From: Solirubrobacteraceae bacterium
GTDB taxonomy: Bacteria > Actinomycetota > Thermoleophilia > Solirubrobacterales > Solirubrobacteraceae
Assembly (NCBI GenBank): GCA_049522915.1
Contig: JBEKNK010000001.1
Span: 4,052 to 68,051 of the forward strand
DNA: 64,000 nucleotides
Reading direction: 5' to 3'
The notes under the pieces: model-generated
What the model was told of the DNA's origin: nothing
What the model saw: the letters and a program-made list of their open reading frames with translations, nothing else
Database searches by the model: none
Position numbers and translations under genes: made by a program
Shown: positions 55,616-63,653 of the stretch, piece after piece
How the letters are laid out: each line of letters opens with the position of its first letter
Position numbering within the stretch: the stretch's first letter is position 1

Positions 55616-56049
55616 CGCTCGCCACGCACCCGGGCGACGACGACCGCAGCCGCAAACGGGCCCTCATGGGTGAGGCTGACGTCAAGCCCCTCGACGCCGC
55701 GCATGAGCGCGAGCTCCCGCGCAGCACCCGTGAGCTCGATCGACGGTCGTCCGAAGCGGTCGGCGCGAACACCGACCGCCTGCCAGGGAACGGCCTCGTC
55801 GCCGGCGCGCAGCACCTTCAGCGCTGCCTCCTTGGCGGCGAAGCGGGCGGCGAGCCGTCGGGCGTCGGGCGCTCCGCCCGCGCTGGCGCAGTCGCGCAGC
55901 TCGCGGCTCGTGTACACCCGCCTAAGATAGCGCCCGGCGTGGACGCGGATTGAGTCCTCCACGGCGGCGACGGACATCAGGTCGATGCCGACCACCACGC
56001 CGTCGCGACGCGACGTGGCAGCGCTCCTCGCCCTGCCCCGGCGGATCAC
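55612..56049 (-). CDS. 4'-phosphopantetheinyl transferase, AcpS type
   Basis: VGIDLMSV and FAAKEAALK motifs. 145 aa. GTG start overlaps the methyltransferase stop (GTGA). Confidence 0.8.
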   Translation of the reverse strand: MIRRGRARSAATSRRDGVVVGIDLMSVAAVEDSIRVHAGRYLRRVYTSRELRDCASAGGAPDARRLAARFAAKEAALKVLRAGDEAVPWQAVGVRADRFGRPSIELTGAARELALMRGVEGLDVSLTHEGPFAAAVVVARVRGER

Positions 56050-56978
56050 GCGCCGGCTCCCGGGAGTTCCACGCGCGTCGCGGCGTAGTGCAGCTCGTGC
56101 CAGCCGCTCGCGCTCTCGCCCGGGCCAACGGGCTCACCATCGAGCCTGAGGCATTCGTGCAGCTCGAAGCCGTGCGCGGCGAGCTGGCGTTGCTGCTCGT
56201 CGCGCGTGATGTAGTAGTGCAGCAGCGAGAAGTCGTGCGCCGCGTCGTTGAGGATCGCGTGGTCCGAGCCAACCTGCTCCCATGCCCGCAGCCGCCGGCG
56301 GTTGCGAATGCTTCGCGGGAGTCTCAGCACCTGGCTCGCGAAGCTCACAGGGTTGGTCGCGTTGATGCTGCGAAGGGGTCCCCGCAGCAGCGGTGCGCAG
56401 GCCAGGTTGTGCGAGGAGAAGATCAGCAGGCCGGACGGCCGCAGCAGCCGGTGGAGCCCGTCGAGAAAGGCCCGGCGCTCATCGTGCGTGAGCACGTCGA
56501 TCACGGCATACCCGGCCACGATCGCATCCCAGCCCCCCGTTTCGAAGTCCGAGAGCTCGCGCAGGTCGCCCTGGCGGAAGGCGGCCTGCGGGTAGGTTCG
56601 CCGGCAGTACGCGATCATGTCGGCGGCGAGATCGACGCCGGTGACCGAGGTCGCCTTCTCGATCAGGTGGGCGGTCAGGCGCCCGCCGCCGCAGCCGAGT
56701 TCGAGCACGGTCCCCGAGAGGGCGTCGACGTGGGTGTCAAACAGCACGCGCTCGGCCGGCCGCAGCCGGCGCCCGCCGTAGCGGCGCAGCAGACCCCCGG
56801 ACCCCCAGACGCGCTGGTTGGCCTCGCGTTGCGCCTGCTCGGGCGTGAACGTGGCCTCCCCCTCCGGTGCGCCGGCGCCGGGCGGAGCGCCGTTCATCCG
56901 AGCGGTTGCTGAAGGTGCGTTGTGCATGACGGAGTCCTGGCGCGAAGCCCGAGCGTGCGCGAAGGCGCCGCTGTCCAC
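56046..56978 (-). CDS. class I SAM-dependent methyltransferase
   Basis: VLELGCGGGRL (motif I), DAIVAGYAV, LRPSGLLIFSSHN. The start may be GTG 56978 or ATG 56927. Confidence 0.8.
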   Translation of the reverse strand: MDSGAFAHARASRQDSVMHNAPSATARMNGAPPGAGAPEGEATFTPEQAQREANQRVWGSGGLLRRYGGRRLRPAERVLFDTHVDALSGTVLELGCGGGRLTAHLIEKATSVTGVDLAADMIAYCRRTYPQAAFRQGDLRELSDFETGGWDAIVAGYAVIDVLTHDERRAFLDGLHRLLRPSGLLIFSSHNLACAPLLRGPLRSINATNPVSFASQVLRLPRSIRNRRRLRAWEQVGSDHAILNDAAHDFSLLHYYITRDEQQRQLAAHGFELHECLRLDGEPVGPGESASGWHELHYAATRVELPGAGA

Positions 56979-57896
56979 TCAGCCGGCGGGCGAGAGGTCC
57001 GCGCGGGGCGGATGAAGCAGCGAGAGGTGGGCGCGGTCGTCGCCGTCGCGCACGCCTCCCGCGATCGAGTGCTCATGGGCGTCGGCGACAGGCGGCAGCT
57101 CGTGAAACGCCGGCCGCCATCCATGTTCATGCTGGGCGGCGGGGTCGCGTCGAACACGTTCTCGCAGGATCATACGCAGGATCCGCAGTCCGTCCCGCAC
57201 GGCGCTGAGCTTGCTCTCGCCGTGCAGGCGCTCGTATTCGACCGACGCGATCTCGACGACCTCCAGGCCCGCCCGCGCGACGCGCACGTGGATCAGGGTC
57301 TCCACCTCGAAGCCGTCACAGGTGACGTGCATGTGCGGCAGGCAGTGGTTCCAGAAGGCGTTGTAGCCGTAGCAGAGGTCCGTGTAGCGCGTTCCGAAGA
57401 GCACGTTCACGGCGAGCCCGAGCATGCGGTTGCCGAACGCCCTGATCGGCGTGATGTCGGTGCTGGCGCCACCGAGCGCGAAGCGCGACCCCTTGGCGAA
57501 GTCGTTGCCCGCGAGCAGCGCAGCGACGAACTGCGGGATCTCGGCCGGGTCATTGGAGGCGTCGGCGTCGAGCATCACGATGATGTCACCGGTCGCGGCC
57601 GCGAAGCCGCAGGCCAGCGCGTTGCCCTTGCCGCGGCCGTTCTGCAGGACGACGCGGACGTCGGGGCGGATCGTGCGGGCAACATCGATCGTGCCGTCCT
57701 TGGAGTGCCCGTCGACGAGCACGACCTCGTCCACGATCTCCGGGATGCGGGCGAGCACATGCGGCAGGTTCGCGGCCTCGTCGAGCGTGGGGATGACGAC
57801 GCTGATCGTCGCCGACGAGCGCCCCGCCGTGGCACGGGCGACCCGTCCCTCCACGGAGAAAAGTGCCGTCCCTGCCGTCGAATCCCTGACGCTCAT
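56979..57896 (-). CDS. glycosyltransferase family 2 (polyprenyl-phosphate sugar synthase-like); first gene of the operon
   Basis: ISVVIPTLDEAANL, VLVDGHSKDGT, MLDADASN (DxD). ATG 57896 preceded by GGAGG. Confidence 0.85.
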   Translation of the reverse strand: MSVRDSTAGTALFSVEGRVARATAGRSSATISVVIPTLDEAANLPHVLARIPEIVDEVVLVDGHSKDGTIDVARTIRPDVRVVLQNGRGKGNALACGFAAATGDIIVMLDADASNDPAEIPQFVAALLAGNDFAKGSRFALGGASTDITPIRAFGNRMLGLAVNVLFGTRYTDLCYGYNAFWNHCLPHMHVTCDGFEVETLIHVRVARAGLEVVEIASVEYERLHGESKLSAVRDGLRILRMILRERVRRDPAAQHEHGWRPAFHELPPVADAHEHSIAGGVRDGDDRAHLSLLHPPRADLSPAG

Positions 57897-58237
57897 CCTG
57901 GTACTACCTCCGCCGCGATGGAGCCTGATCGAGTGTTGGCGTCGATGCCGCACAGCCTCCGCTCCACGCAGTGCCCGAGCCCAGGGCGCAGGGGTGCATC
58001 GCCATGACGTTCGCGCTGTGCATGGCAATGTAACGGCTGCACCGGCGGCTTATTGCCGCTTGGGGAGAGAAATCACCAGCATCAGGCCGTGGGTGACGCC
58101 TTCGAACGTCGGCCCGCGCGGACCGGGGTGAGGCCGCCGAGCTCGTCCCCGAGAGCGGGCGGCCGACCGGAGCGAGCGGCCTCGCACGATCGGCGAGGAA
58201 GTCGTACGTCCGTCCAACGCGGGCGCCGCCGAAGCGC

Positions 58238-58262
58238 TCGAACGCTCGAACAGACGTCGAAC
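58238..58262. promoter_or_regulatory. three direct TCGAAC repeats (spacing 8 and 11 bp) upstream of GH16 paralogue 3
   Basis: TCGAAC at 58238, 58246 and 58257, lying 50-75 nt upstream of the ATG at 58312 in the divergent promoter region shared with the glycan operon. Confidence 0.3.
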
Positions 58263-58311
58263 AGGTCGGCGTTCCGTTGGCGCACCGCGGCCACAGCCCG
58301 ATCGGATAGGC

Positions 58312-59667
58312 ATGCCGTCACATCGCTCCACCGCCCTCCTGATCGCCTGCTTCGCGGCGCTCGCAGCGGCGCTCCCGGTCGGGGCGTCGGCATTCCCGGT
58401 TGGATCGCTGGCGAAGGCGCCGCCGGTCAGCGCCGGCGCGTCGGTCGCGAGCGCGATCCGCGAACAGCTCCCCTCGGCCGGTGTCTACGAGCTGAGCGTG
58501 ACAGTCACAACCCGCTCATCCGCCGGCAGCTTCGTCGACGTCGAGGTCGGTCCGCTCGATCGCCGCGCGGCGATCGATCAGCGCGAGCATCGTGCAAGCC
58601 TGGACCTGCGCCTTGCGATCACGCGGCGGGACTTCACCGTCCGCGTCTCCCCCGCCCGCACGCGCCCGCATGTGAGCGTCCGGCTGCGTCGCCTCGGCGC
58701 GGTGGCCGCCGGCACCGCAGCGCGCAGCATCGCCCTCGCAGTCCTTCCCGCGGCGCCGGGCAAGACCCGTGCGTCCGGGCCGGTCACCAAGCCGGCCAAG
58801 GCCGCGGGCACGGGCACGACGCGCGCGTCGACGGGGTCAACGGGCGCGAGCGGAGCGAGCGCACCGAGCGCCCCGGCCGCCACGCCGGCGACGCCCGCCG
58901 CCCCGGTCGCCAGCTTCGGCCCGAGCGGCAACCCGATCATCGCGACACCGAGCGGCTTTGCGCCGATCAAGAGCTACAGCAACCTCGTCAAGAACTACCA
59001 GTTCGACGGCTCCACGCTCCCTGCCGACTGGTCGGCGGGAACCGGGAACCACGGGTTCTCAGCAACCGACTTCCAGCCGTCGCAGGTCACGATGACGGGT
59101 TCGTCCGTCGCGCTGAGCGCGACCAACCAGCCGGACGGGAACGATCCGAACCAGGGTGGTTGGATCTCGACTGAGGGCAGCTTCTCAATGACCTACGGGA
59201 TGGTCGACTTCCGCGCGAAGATGCCGGCCGGCCAGGGCCTCTGGTCGGCACTCTGGCTCGATCAGCCCGACGGCAGCAGTCCGTGGGGCGAGATCGACGT
59301 CGCCGAGATGCTGCTCGGCAACACACACACCGTCTACGGAAGCCTTCACAACTGGGCCCCGGGACCGGACTGGGGCGAGCTGCAGACCACCGTCATGGGA
59401 GACGATGCGTCGCAGAACTGGGAGGACTACCAGGTCGTCTGGCAGCCCGGCTACATCAGCTGGGCAGTCGACGGTGTGGCCTATGCCCAGTACTCCGATT
59501 GGCAGGCCGCCGCGAACGGTCAGTCCTGGCCATTTGACGACGGCACCGGCTTCTACCTGATCGCCGACCTCGCGGTCGCAGGAACAAACGACTGGGGCGG
59601 CCCGCCGGACTCCTCGACGGTCTTCCCCGCCACGATGCAGATCCAGTCCATCAAGGTCTGGCAGTAA
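58312..59667 (+). CDS. secreted glycoside hydrolase family 16 protein (paralogue 3)
   Basis: Signal peptide, N-terminal small domain and an Ala/Thr/Gly/Pro linker. GEIDVAEM catalytic strand. LIADLAVAG...IKVWQ C-terminus. Confidence 0.8.
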   Translation: MPSHRSTALLIACFAALAAALPVGASAFPVGSLAKAPPVSAGASVASAIREQLPSAGVYELSVTVTTRSSAGSFVDVEVGPLDRRAAIDQREHRASLDLRLAITRRDFTVRVSPARTRPHVSVRLRRLGAVAAGTAARSIALAVLPAAPGKTRASGPVTKPAKAAGTGTTRASTGSTGASGASAPSAPAATPATPAAPVASFGPSGNPIIATPSGFAPIKSYSNLVKNYQFDGSTLPADWSAGTGNHGFSATDFQPSQVTMTGSSVALSATNQPDGNDPNQGGWISTEGSFSMTYGMVDFRAKMPAGQGLWSALWLDQPDGSSPWGEIDVAEMLLGNTHTVYGSLHNWAPGPDWGELQTTVMGDDASQNWEDYQVVWQPGYISWAVDGVAYAQYSDWQAAANGQSWPFDDGTGFYLIADLAVAGTNDWGGPPDSSTVFPATMQIQSIKVWQ

Positions 59668-59724
59668 CCGCCAGCTCCTGCGGCGCCGATCGGGGCCTCG
59701 CTCGGCGCCGATACACTCGGCCCG

Positions 59725-60702
59725 GTGGAGCGTCGTGACCGCGTGAGGTCCGCCCCAGCGGGCGACGCCCACTCGGTTAGCCAAACGGGCGCCGGCGCAG
59801 CCAAACCGCGCACAGGGACGCGCGCGGTTTGGGGCGCGCTTGCGGTCGTGTACGTCGCGTGGGGCTCGACCTACCTGGCGATACGCGTGATGGACCGCAC
59901 GATCCCGCCGCTGCTCGGCGCCGGCGTGCGCTTCCTTGCCGCGGGTGCGCTGCTGGCCGTGGGCCTCACGCTGTGGCGCCGGCGCCTGCCTCGCGTCGCC
60001 GCGCGCGAGCTCGCCTCGCTGGCTCTGGTGAGCGTGCTGCTGCTGGTGGCGGGCAACGGCGGCGTCAGCTACGCCGAGCGGCACGTGGCCTCCGGCCTTG
60101 CGGCCCTGCTGGTCGCCTCGGTGCCGCTGTGGATCCTCGTGATCCGCATCCTCGCCGGCGAGACGCCGCGGCGCGCGACGCTCGGCGGCCTTGCGATCGG
60201 CTTCGTCGGCGTCGCCCTGCTGGTCCTTCGCGGCGGTGCGTCGCAGCACGTGAGCATCGCGCAGATGCTGGTCGTCCTCGGCGCGTCGGCGTGCTGGGCG
60301 CTGGGCTCATGGTTGTCGGGACGTCTCCCGATGCCGGCCGACGCAACCGCGGGCACCGCCATCGAGATGCTGATCGGGGGCGTGGCGCTGATCGCGATCG
60401 GACCGCTGAGCGGCGAGCGGGTGAGCGCCCTCAGCGAGCACGCATCGCCGGACTCCCTGGTCGCGGTCGCCTACCTGGTCGTGTTCGGCTCGATCCTCGC
60501 CTTCACGGTGTACGTCTGGCTGCTGGCGCACGCACCGATCTCCCAGGTCTCGACCTACGCCTACGTGAACCCGATCGTCGCCGTCGCGCTCGGCGCGCTG
60601 GTGCTGGGAGAGCCGATCACGGCGGTGACGCTGCTCGGCGGCGCGATCATCGTGCTGGCCGTCGCGGTGGTGATCCGCTCGGAGGTCTCCCGACGGCCCT
60701 AG
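59725..60702 (+). CDS. EamA/DMT-family transporter
   Basis: Ten TM helices and two EamA repeats (VYVAWGSTYLAIR..., AYLVVFGSILAFTVYVWLL). Confidence 0.85.
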   Translation: MERRDRVRSAPAGDAHSVSQTGAGAAKPRTGTRAVWGALAVVYVAWGSTYLAIRVMDRTIPPLLGAGVRFLAAGALLAVGLTLWRRRLPRVAARELASLALVSVLLLVAGNGGVSYAERHVASGLAALLVASVPLWILVIRILAGETPRRATLGGLAIGFVGVALLVLRGGASQHVSIAQMLVVLGASACWALGSWLSGRLPMPADATAGTAIEMLIGGVALIAIGPLSGERVSALSEHASPDSLVAVAYLVVFGSILAFTVYVWLLAHAPISQVSTYAYVNPIVAVALGALVLGEPITAVTLLGGAIIVLAVAVVIRSEVSRRP

Positions 60703-61127
60703 CGCTGGCGGCCCTCCTGATGGCGCTCGAGACCGTCATCGGGGATCGGCTCCCACGGCGCCGCGTAGGCGACGAACGCCCGCCAGCGCGGCCGCACGCC
60801 GGGGTCGCCGTCAAATGCCGACATGCGAACCGACATCTGTGTCCCGTCCTCGTTGCGGCTGAACAGATGCGCGCCGCAGCGTGTGCAGAAGCACTTCTCG
60901 AAACCGCCGTCGGGATGGCGCCACGCCCCGAGCAGCTCCTCGCCCGCGGTCAGGCGGAACGTGGCGCCATCAACGCGGGCCTGCGCCGACGCGGCGGTGC
61001 CTGTCCGGCGCTGGCAGCGCGTGCAGTGGCAGTAGCCGGCGTCGGTCGGACGCTCGGTGAGCTCGAAGCGAATTGCCCCGCAGAGGCATCCGCCGGTCAC
61101 GGTCTGATCATCGTGGAGGGCTGCCAT
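60699..61127 (-). CDS. GFA (glutathione-dependent formaldehyde-activating / CENP-V) family protein
   Basis: GGCLCGAIRF...CHCTRCQRRTG...CTRCGAHLF zinc-binding Cys pattern. 142 aa from ATG 61127. Confidence 0.8.
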   Translation of the reverse strand: MAALHDDQTVTGGCLCGAIRFELTERPTDAGYCHCTRCQRRTGTAASAQARVDGATFRLTAGEELLGAWRHPDGGFEKCFCTRCGAHLFSRNEDGTQMSVRMSAFDGDPGVRPRWRAFVAYAAPWEPIPDDGLERHQEGRQR

Positions 61128-61226
61128 CGTGTGATTATCGCCTCTCTGCCCACGGCGGTACTCTGCGGCCGTGGCAGCGATCGCCGTCTCGCAGGCACGC
61201 AGCGCGCGACCCCGGGGTCCGCGCTG

Positions 61227-61823
61227 ATGCTGCTCTATGACTCGAGCGTCTCCGGCAACTGTTACAAGGTGCGACTGGTGTTCGCCCAGCTCGGCCTGGA
61301 GTACGAGCGACGTGAGCTGAGCGTCGTCGACCGCTCCAACCGCATGGATGTCCTCGGCGAGCTGAACCCGGCGCTGCGCGTGCCCACGCTGATCCTCGAT
61401 GACGGCCGCGCGCTTGCGGAGTCGCATGCGATCACGTGGTATTTCGCGGAGGGCACGCCGCTTGTTCCCGACGATCGCTACGAGCGGGCGAAGGTGCTGC
61501 AGTGGCTCTGCTTCGAGCAGTACGACCTCGAGCCCACGATCGCCGTCGTCCGCTTCTGGGTCGCCTTCTCGGCCTCCCCTCCCCCCTCCGCCGAGATCGA
61601 GGCCAAGCGATCCGCCGGGTATCGCGCGCTCGACGCGCTCGAGCGCGGCCTGACCGGCGAGGAGTTCCTTGTCGGCGACCGCTACACGCTCGCCGACATC
61701 GCGCTGTACGCCTACACGCACGTCGCCGGGGAAGGCGGGTTCGACCTATCTGGCTACCCGGCGATCCTGGGCTGGCTCGACCGCGTCGCCGGCCAGCGCG
61801 GTCACGTGCCCATCACCGCCTGA
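61227..61823 (+). CDS. glutathione S-transferase
   Basis: SGNCYKVRL, LNPALRVPTLILDDGRALAESHAI and a C-terminal helical GST domain. 198 aa. Confidence 0.85.
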   Translation: MLLYDSSVSGNCYKVRLVFAQLGLEYERRELSVVDRSNRMDVLGELNPALRVPTLILDDGRALAESHAITWYFAEGTPLVPDDRYERAKVLQWLCFEQYDLEPTIAVVRFWVAFSASPPPSAEIEAKRSAGYRALDALERGLTGEEFLVGDRYTLADIALYAYTHVAGEGGFDLSGYPAILGWLDRVAGQRGHVPITA

Positions 61824-61844
61824 GGGAGGCGCGGCGGCGAGGAC

Positions 61845-62639
61845 CTACGAGGCGTCGCGGCGCGTGAAGACGATCAGCGTGCCCGCCGCGATCAGCACCA
61901 TGTAGACGGCGAGCGTGACCAGGGAGTGGTGGTAGGAGGAGTCGGTCGTGCCGCCGTGCGCGACCGCGCTCAGCAGCTGGCCGGGGAGCCAGCGGTCGCC
62001 GTTTGACCAGATCGCGCCGACGACGATCCCCTCGATCGCAACGACGTAGGCGACGGCCGCGCCGATCGCTACCCCCGGCGAGCGCAACAGCACTCCCGCT
62101 GCGGCGCCCAGCATGCCGTAGCCGACCGAGGCGAGGAAGACGTGCAGGGTCGCCTGGAGCAGGTCGTTGATGCCGGTGCTGCTGGTCCAGGCGGAGGTCG
62201 TGATGCCCCGGCCCGGCGCCAGGATGAAGGCGACCGCGCACGAGACCACGATCTCGAGCACGACGGCCACGCCGATGAACACCGCAATCGCCAGGAACTT
62301 GCCGGTCAACAGCTGCGCGCGACGGGGCTCGCGCACCAGCAGGTTGCGCATCGTTCCCTGGCTGAACTCCGTCGCGAAGGCGCCTGCAAAGAGGCACAGC
62401 GCGACGATCCCGATCAGCGTGCTGATATCGACCACGCCGTGCACCAGGCCGGTCGGCATCTCGAGCTGGTAGAAGCTGACGCGCCCGCGGCGCAGCGGAA
62501 ACAGGCCCGGGTTCTTCACGGCCCGCTCGATCGTGAAGATCGTCGCGATCAGCGCGAAGAACAGCCCGCCGCCGAGCCCCCAGAGCAGCATCGCCCGCCG
62601 GCGCAGCTTGACCCACTCGCTGGAGAAGGCGCCGAGCAT
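61845..62639 (-). CDS. ABC-2 type transporter permease
   Basis: 264 aa with six TM helices. FATEFSQGTMRNLL motif. ATG overlaps the ATPase stop (ATGA). Confidence 0.75.
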   Translation of the reverse strand: MLGAFSSEWVKLRRRAMLLWGLGGGLFFALIATIFTIERAVKNPGLFPLRRGRVSFYQLEMPTGLVHGVVDISTLIGIVALCLFAGAFATEFSQGTMRNLLVREPRRAQLLTGKFLAIAVFIGVAVVLEIVVSCAVAFILAPGRGITTSAWTSSTGINDLLQATLHVFLASVGYGMLGAAAGVLLRSPGVAIGAAVAYVVAIEGIVVGAIWSNGDRWLPGQLLSAVAHGGTTDSSYHHSLVTLAVYMVLIAAGTLIVFTRRDAS

Positions 62640-63565
62640 CAGGCGTCTCCCTCCCCCTCGGCCTGCGCGGCGTCGGTGATCGCGAAGAACGCCTGCTCGA
62701 GTGAGGCGCGGCTGACGGTCAGGCCGCGCAGCGTTATGCCGGCGGCCATCGCCGCCCGGTTCAGCTCCGGCGCCCAATCCTGGGGCGCCTGGACGTGAAC
62801 CTCGTCGCCATCGACGCGGGCCGGTTTTCCAGCGGCGGTGCACAGATCGGCGAGCGCCTGCGCGTCGGTGGCGTGCTCGGGCGTCGCGATGATGTCCGAG
62901 TGCTGGGCGGCGATCAGCTTCTCGACGCCGCCCTGGAAGACGATACGACCGTTGTCGATCATCACCAGGTGGTCGCAGACGGCCTCGATCTCGGCCAGCA
63001 GGTGGCTCGACACGAACACGGAGATGCCGCGGTCGGCCAACCCGCGAATGACGGCCCGCATCTCGCGAATGCCCGCCGGGTCGAGGCCGTTGGTGGGCTC
63101 GTCGAGGATGCACAGCTCCGGATCGGGGAGCAGCGCGGCGGCGACGCCCAGTCGCTGCTTCATCCCGAGTGAGTACGCGCGCACGAAGTCGTTGCCACGG
63201 TCGCTCAGCTCGACCATCGCGAGCACCTCGGAGATCCTGGCGCGATCGATGCGGCCGAGTCGCGTCAGCACCTCAAGGTTACGTCGACCCGAAAGGGTCG
63301 GATAAAAAGATGGCGCCTCGATCAGCGCGCCGACCCGGCTCAGGTAGGACGCGGGATCGCTGATCGGACGCCCGAGGACCTCCGCGCTACCGCCGGTCGG
63401 GCGGCAGAGGCCGAGCAGCAGCTGGATCGTCGTGGTCTTGCCGGCGCCGTTGGGACCGACGAAACCGCTGACCACCCCCGCGGGTAGCTCGATGTCGACG
63501 GCATCGACTGCGAGCCGCGTACCGAAGCGCTTGGTCAGACCGCTGGTGACGACGCTCGAGGTCAA
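62639..63565 (-). CDS. ABC transporter ATP-binding protein
   Basis: Walker A GPNGAGKTT, signature YSLGMKQRL, Walker B LCILDEPTNGLD. TTG start. Confidence 0.9.
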   Translation of the reverse strand: MTSSVVTSGLTKRFGTRLAVDAVDIELPAGVVSGFVGPNGAGKTTTIQLLLGLCRPTGGSAEVLGRPISDPASYLSRVGALIEAPSFYPTLSGRRNLEVLTRLGRIDRARISEVLAMVELSDRGNDFVRAYSLGMKQRLGVAAALLPDPELCILDEPTNGLDPAGIREMRAVIRGLADRGISVFVSSHLLAEIEAVCDHLVMIDNGRIVFQGGVEKLIAAQHSDIIATPEHATDAQALADLCTAAGKPARVDGDEVHVQAPQDWAPELNRAAMAAGITLRGLTVSRASLEQAFFAITDAAQAEGEGDA

Positions 63566-63589
63566 CTCCGGCGAACGCTACTGACCATT

Positions 63590-63607
63590 CCTAATTAGTG
63601 GATTAGG
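63590..63607. promoter_or_regulatory. AT-rich inverted repeat CCTAAT-N6-ATTAGG upstream of the ABC operon
   Basis: Located 25 nt upstream of the ABC ATPase start. It is one of the most AT-rich spots in the window. Confidence 0.3.
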
Positions 63608-63653
63608 GTTGGCGTGCGGGGTCCGAGCGGGCGCCGCGACGGCGGCGCGAGCG

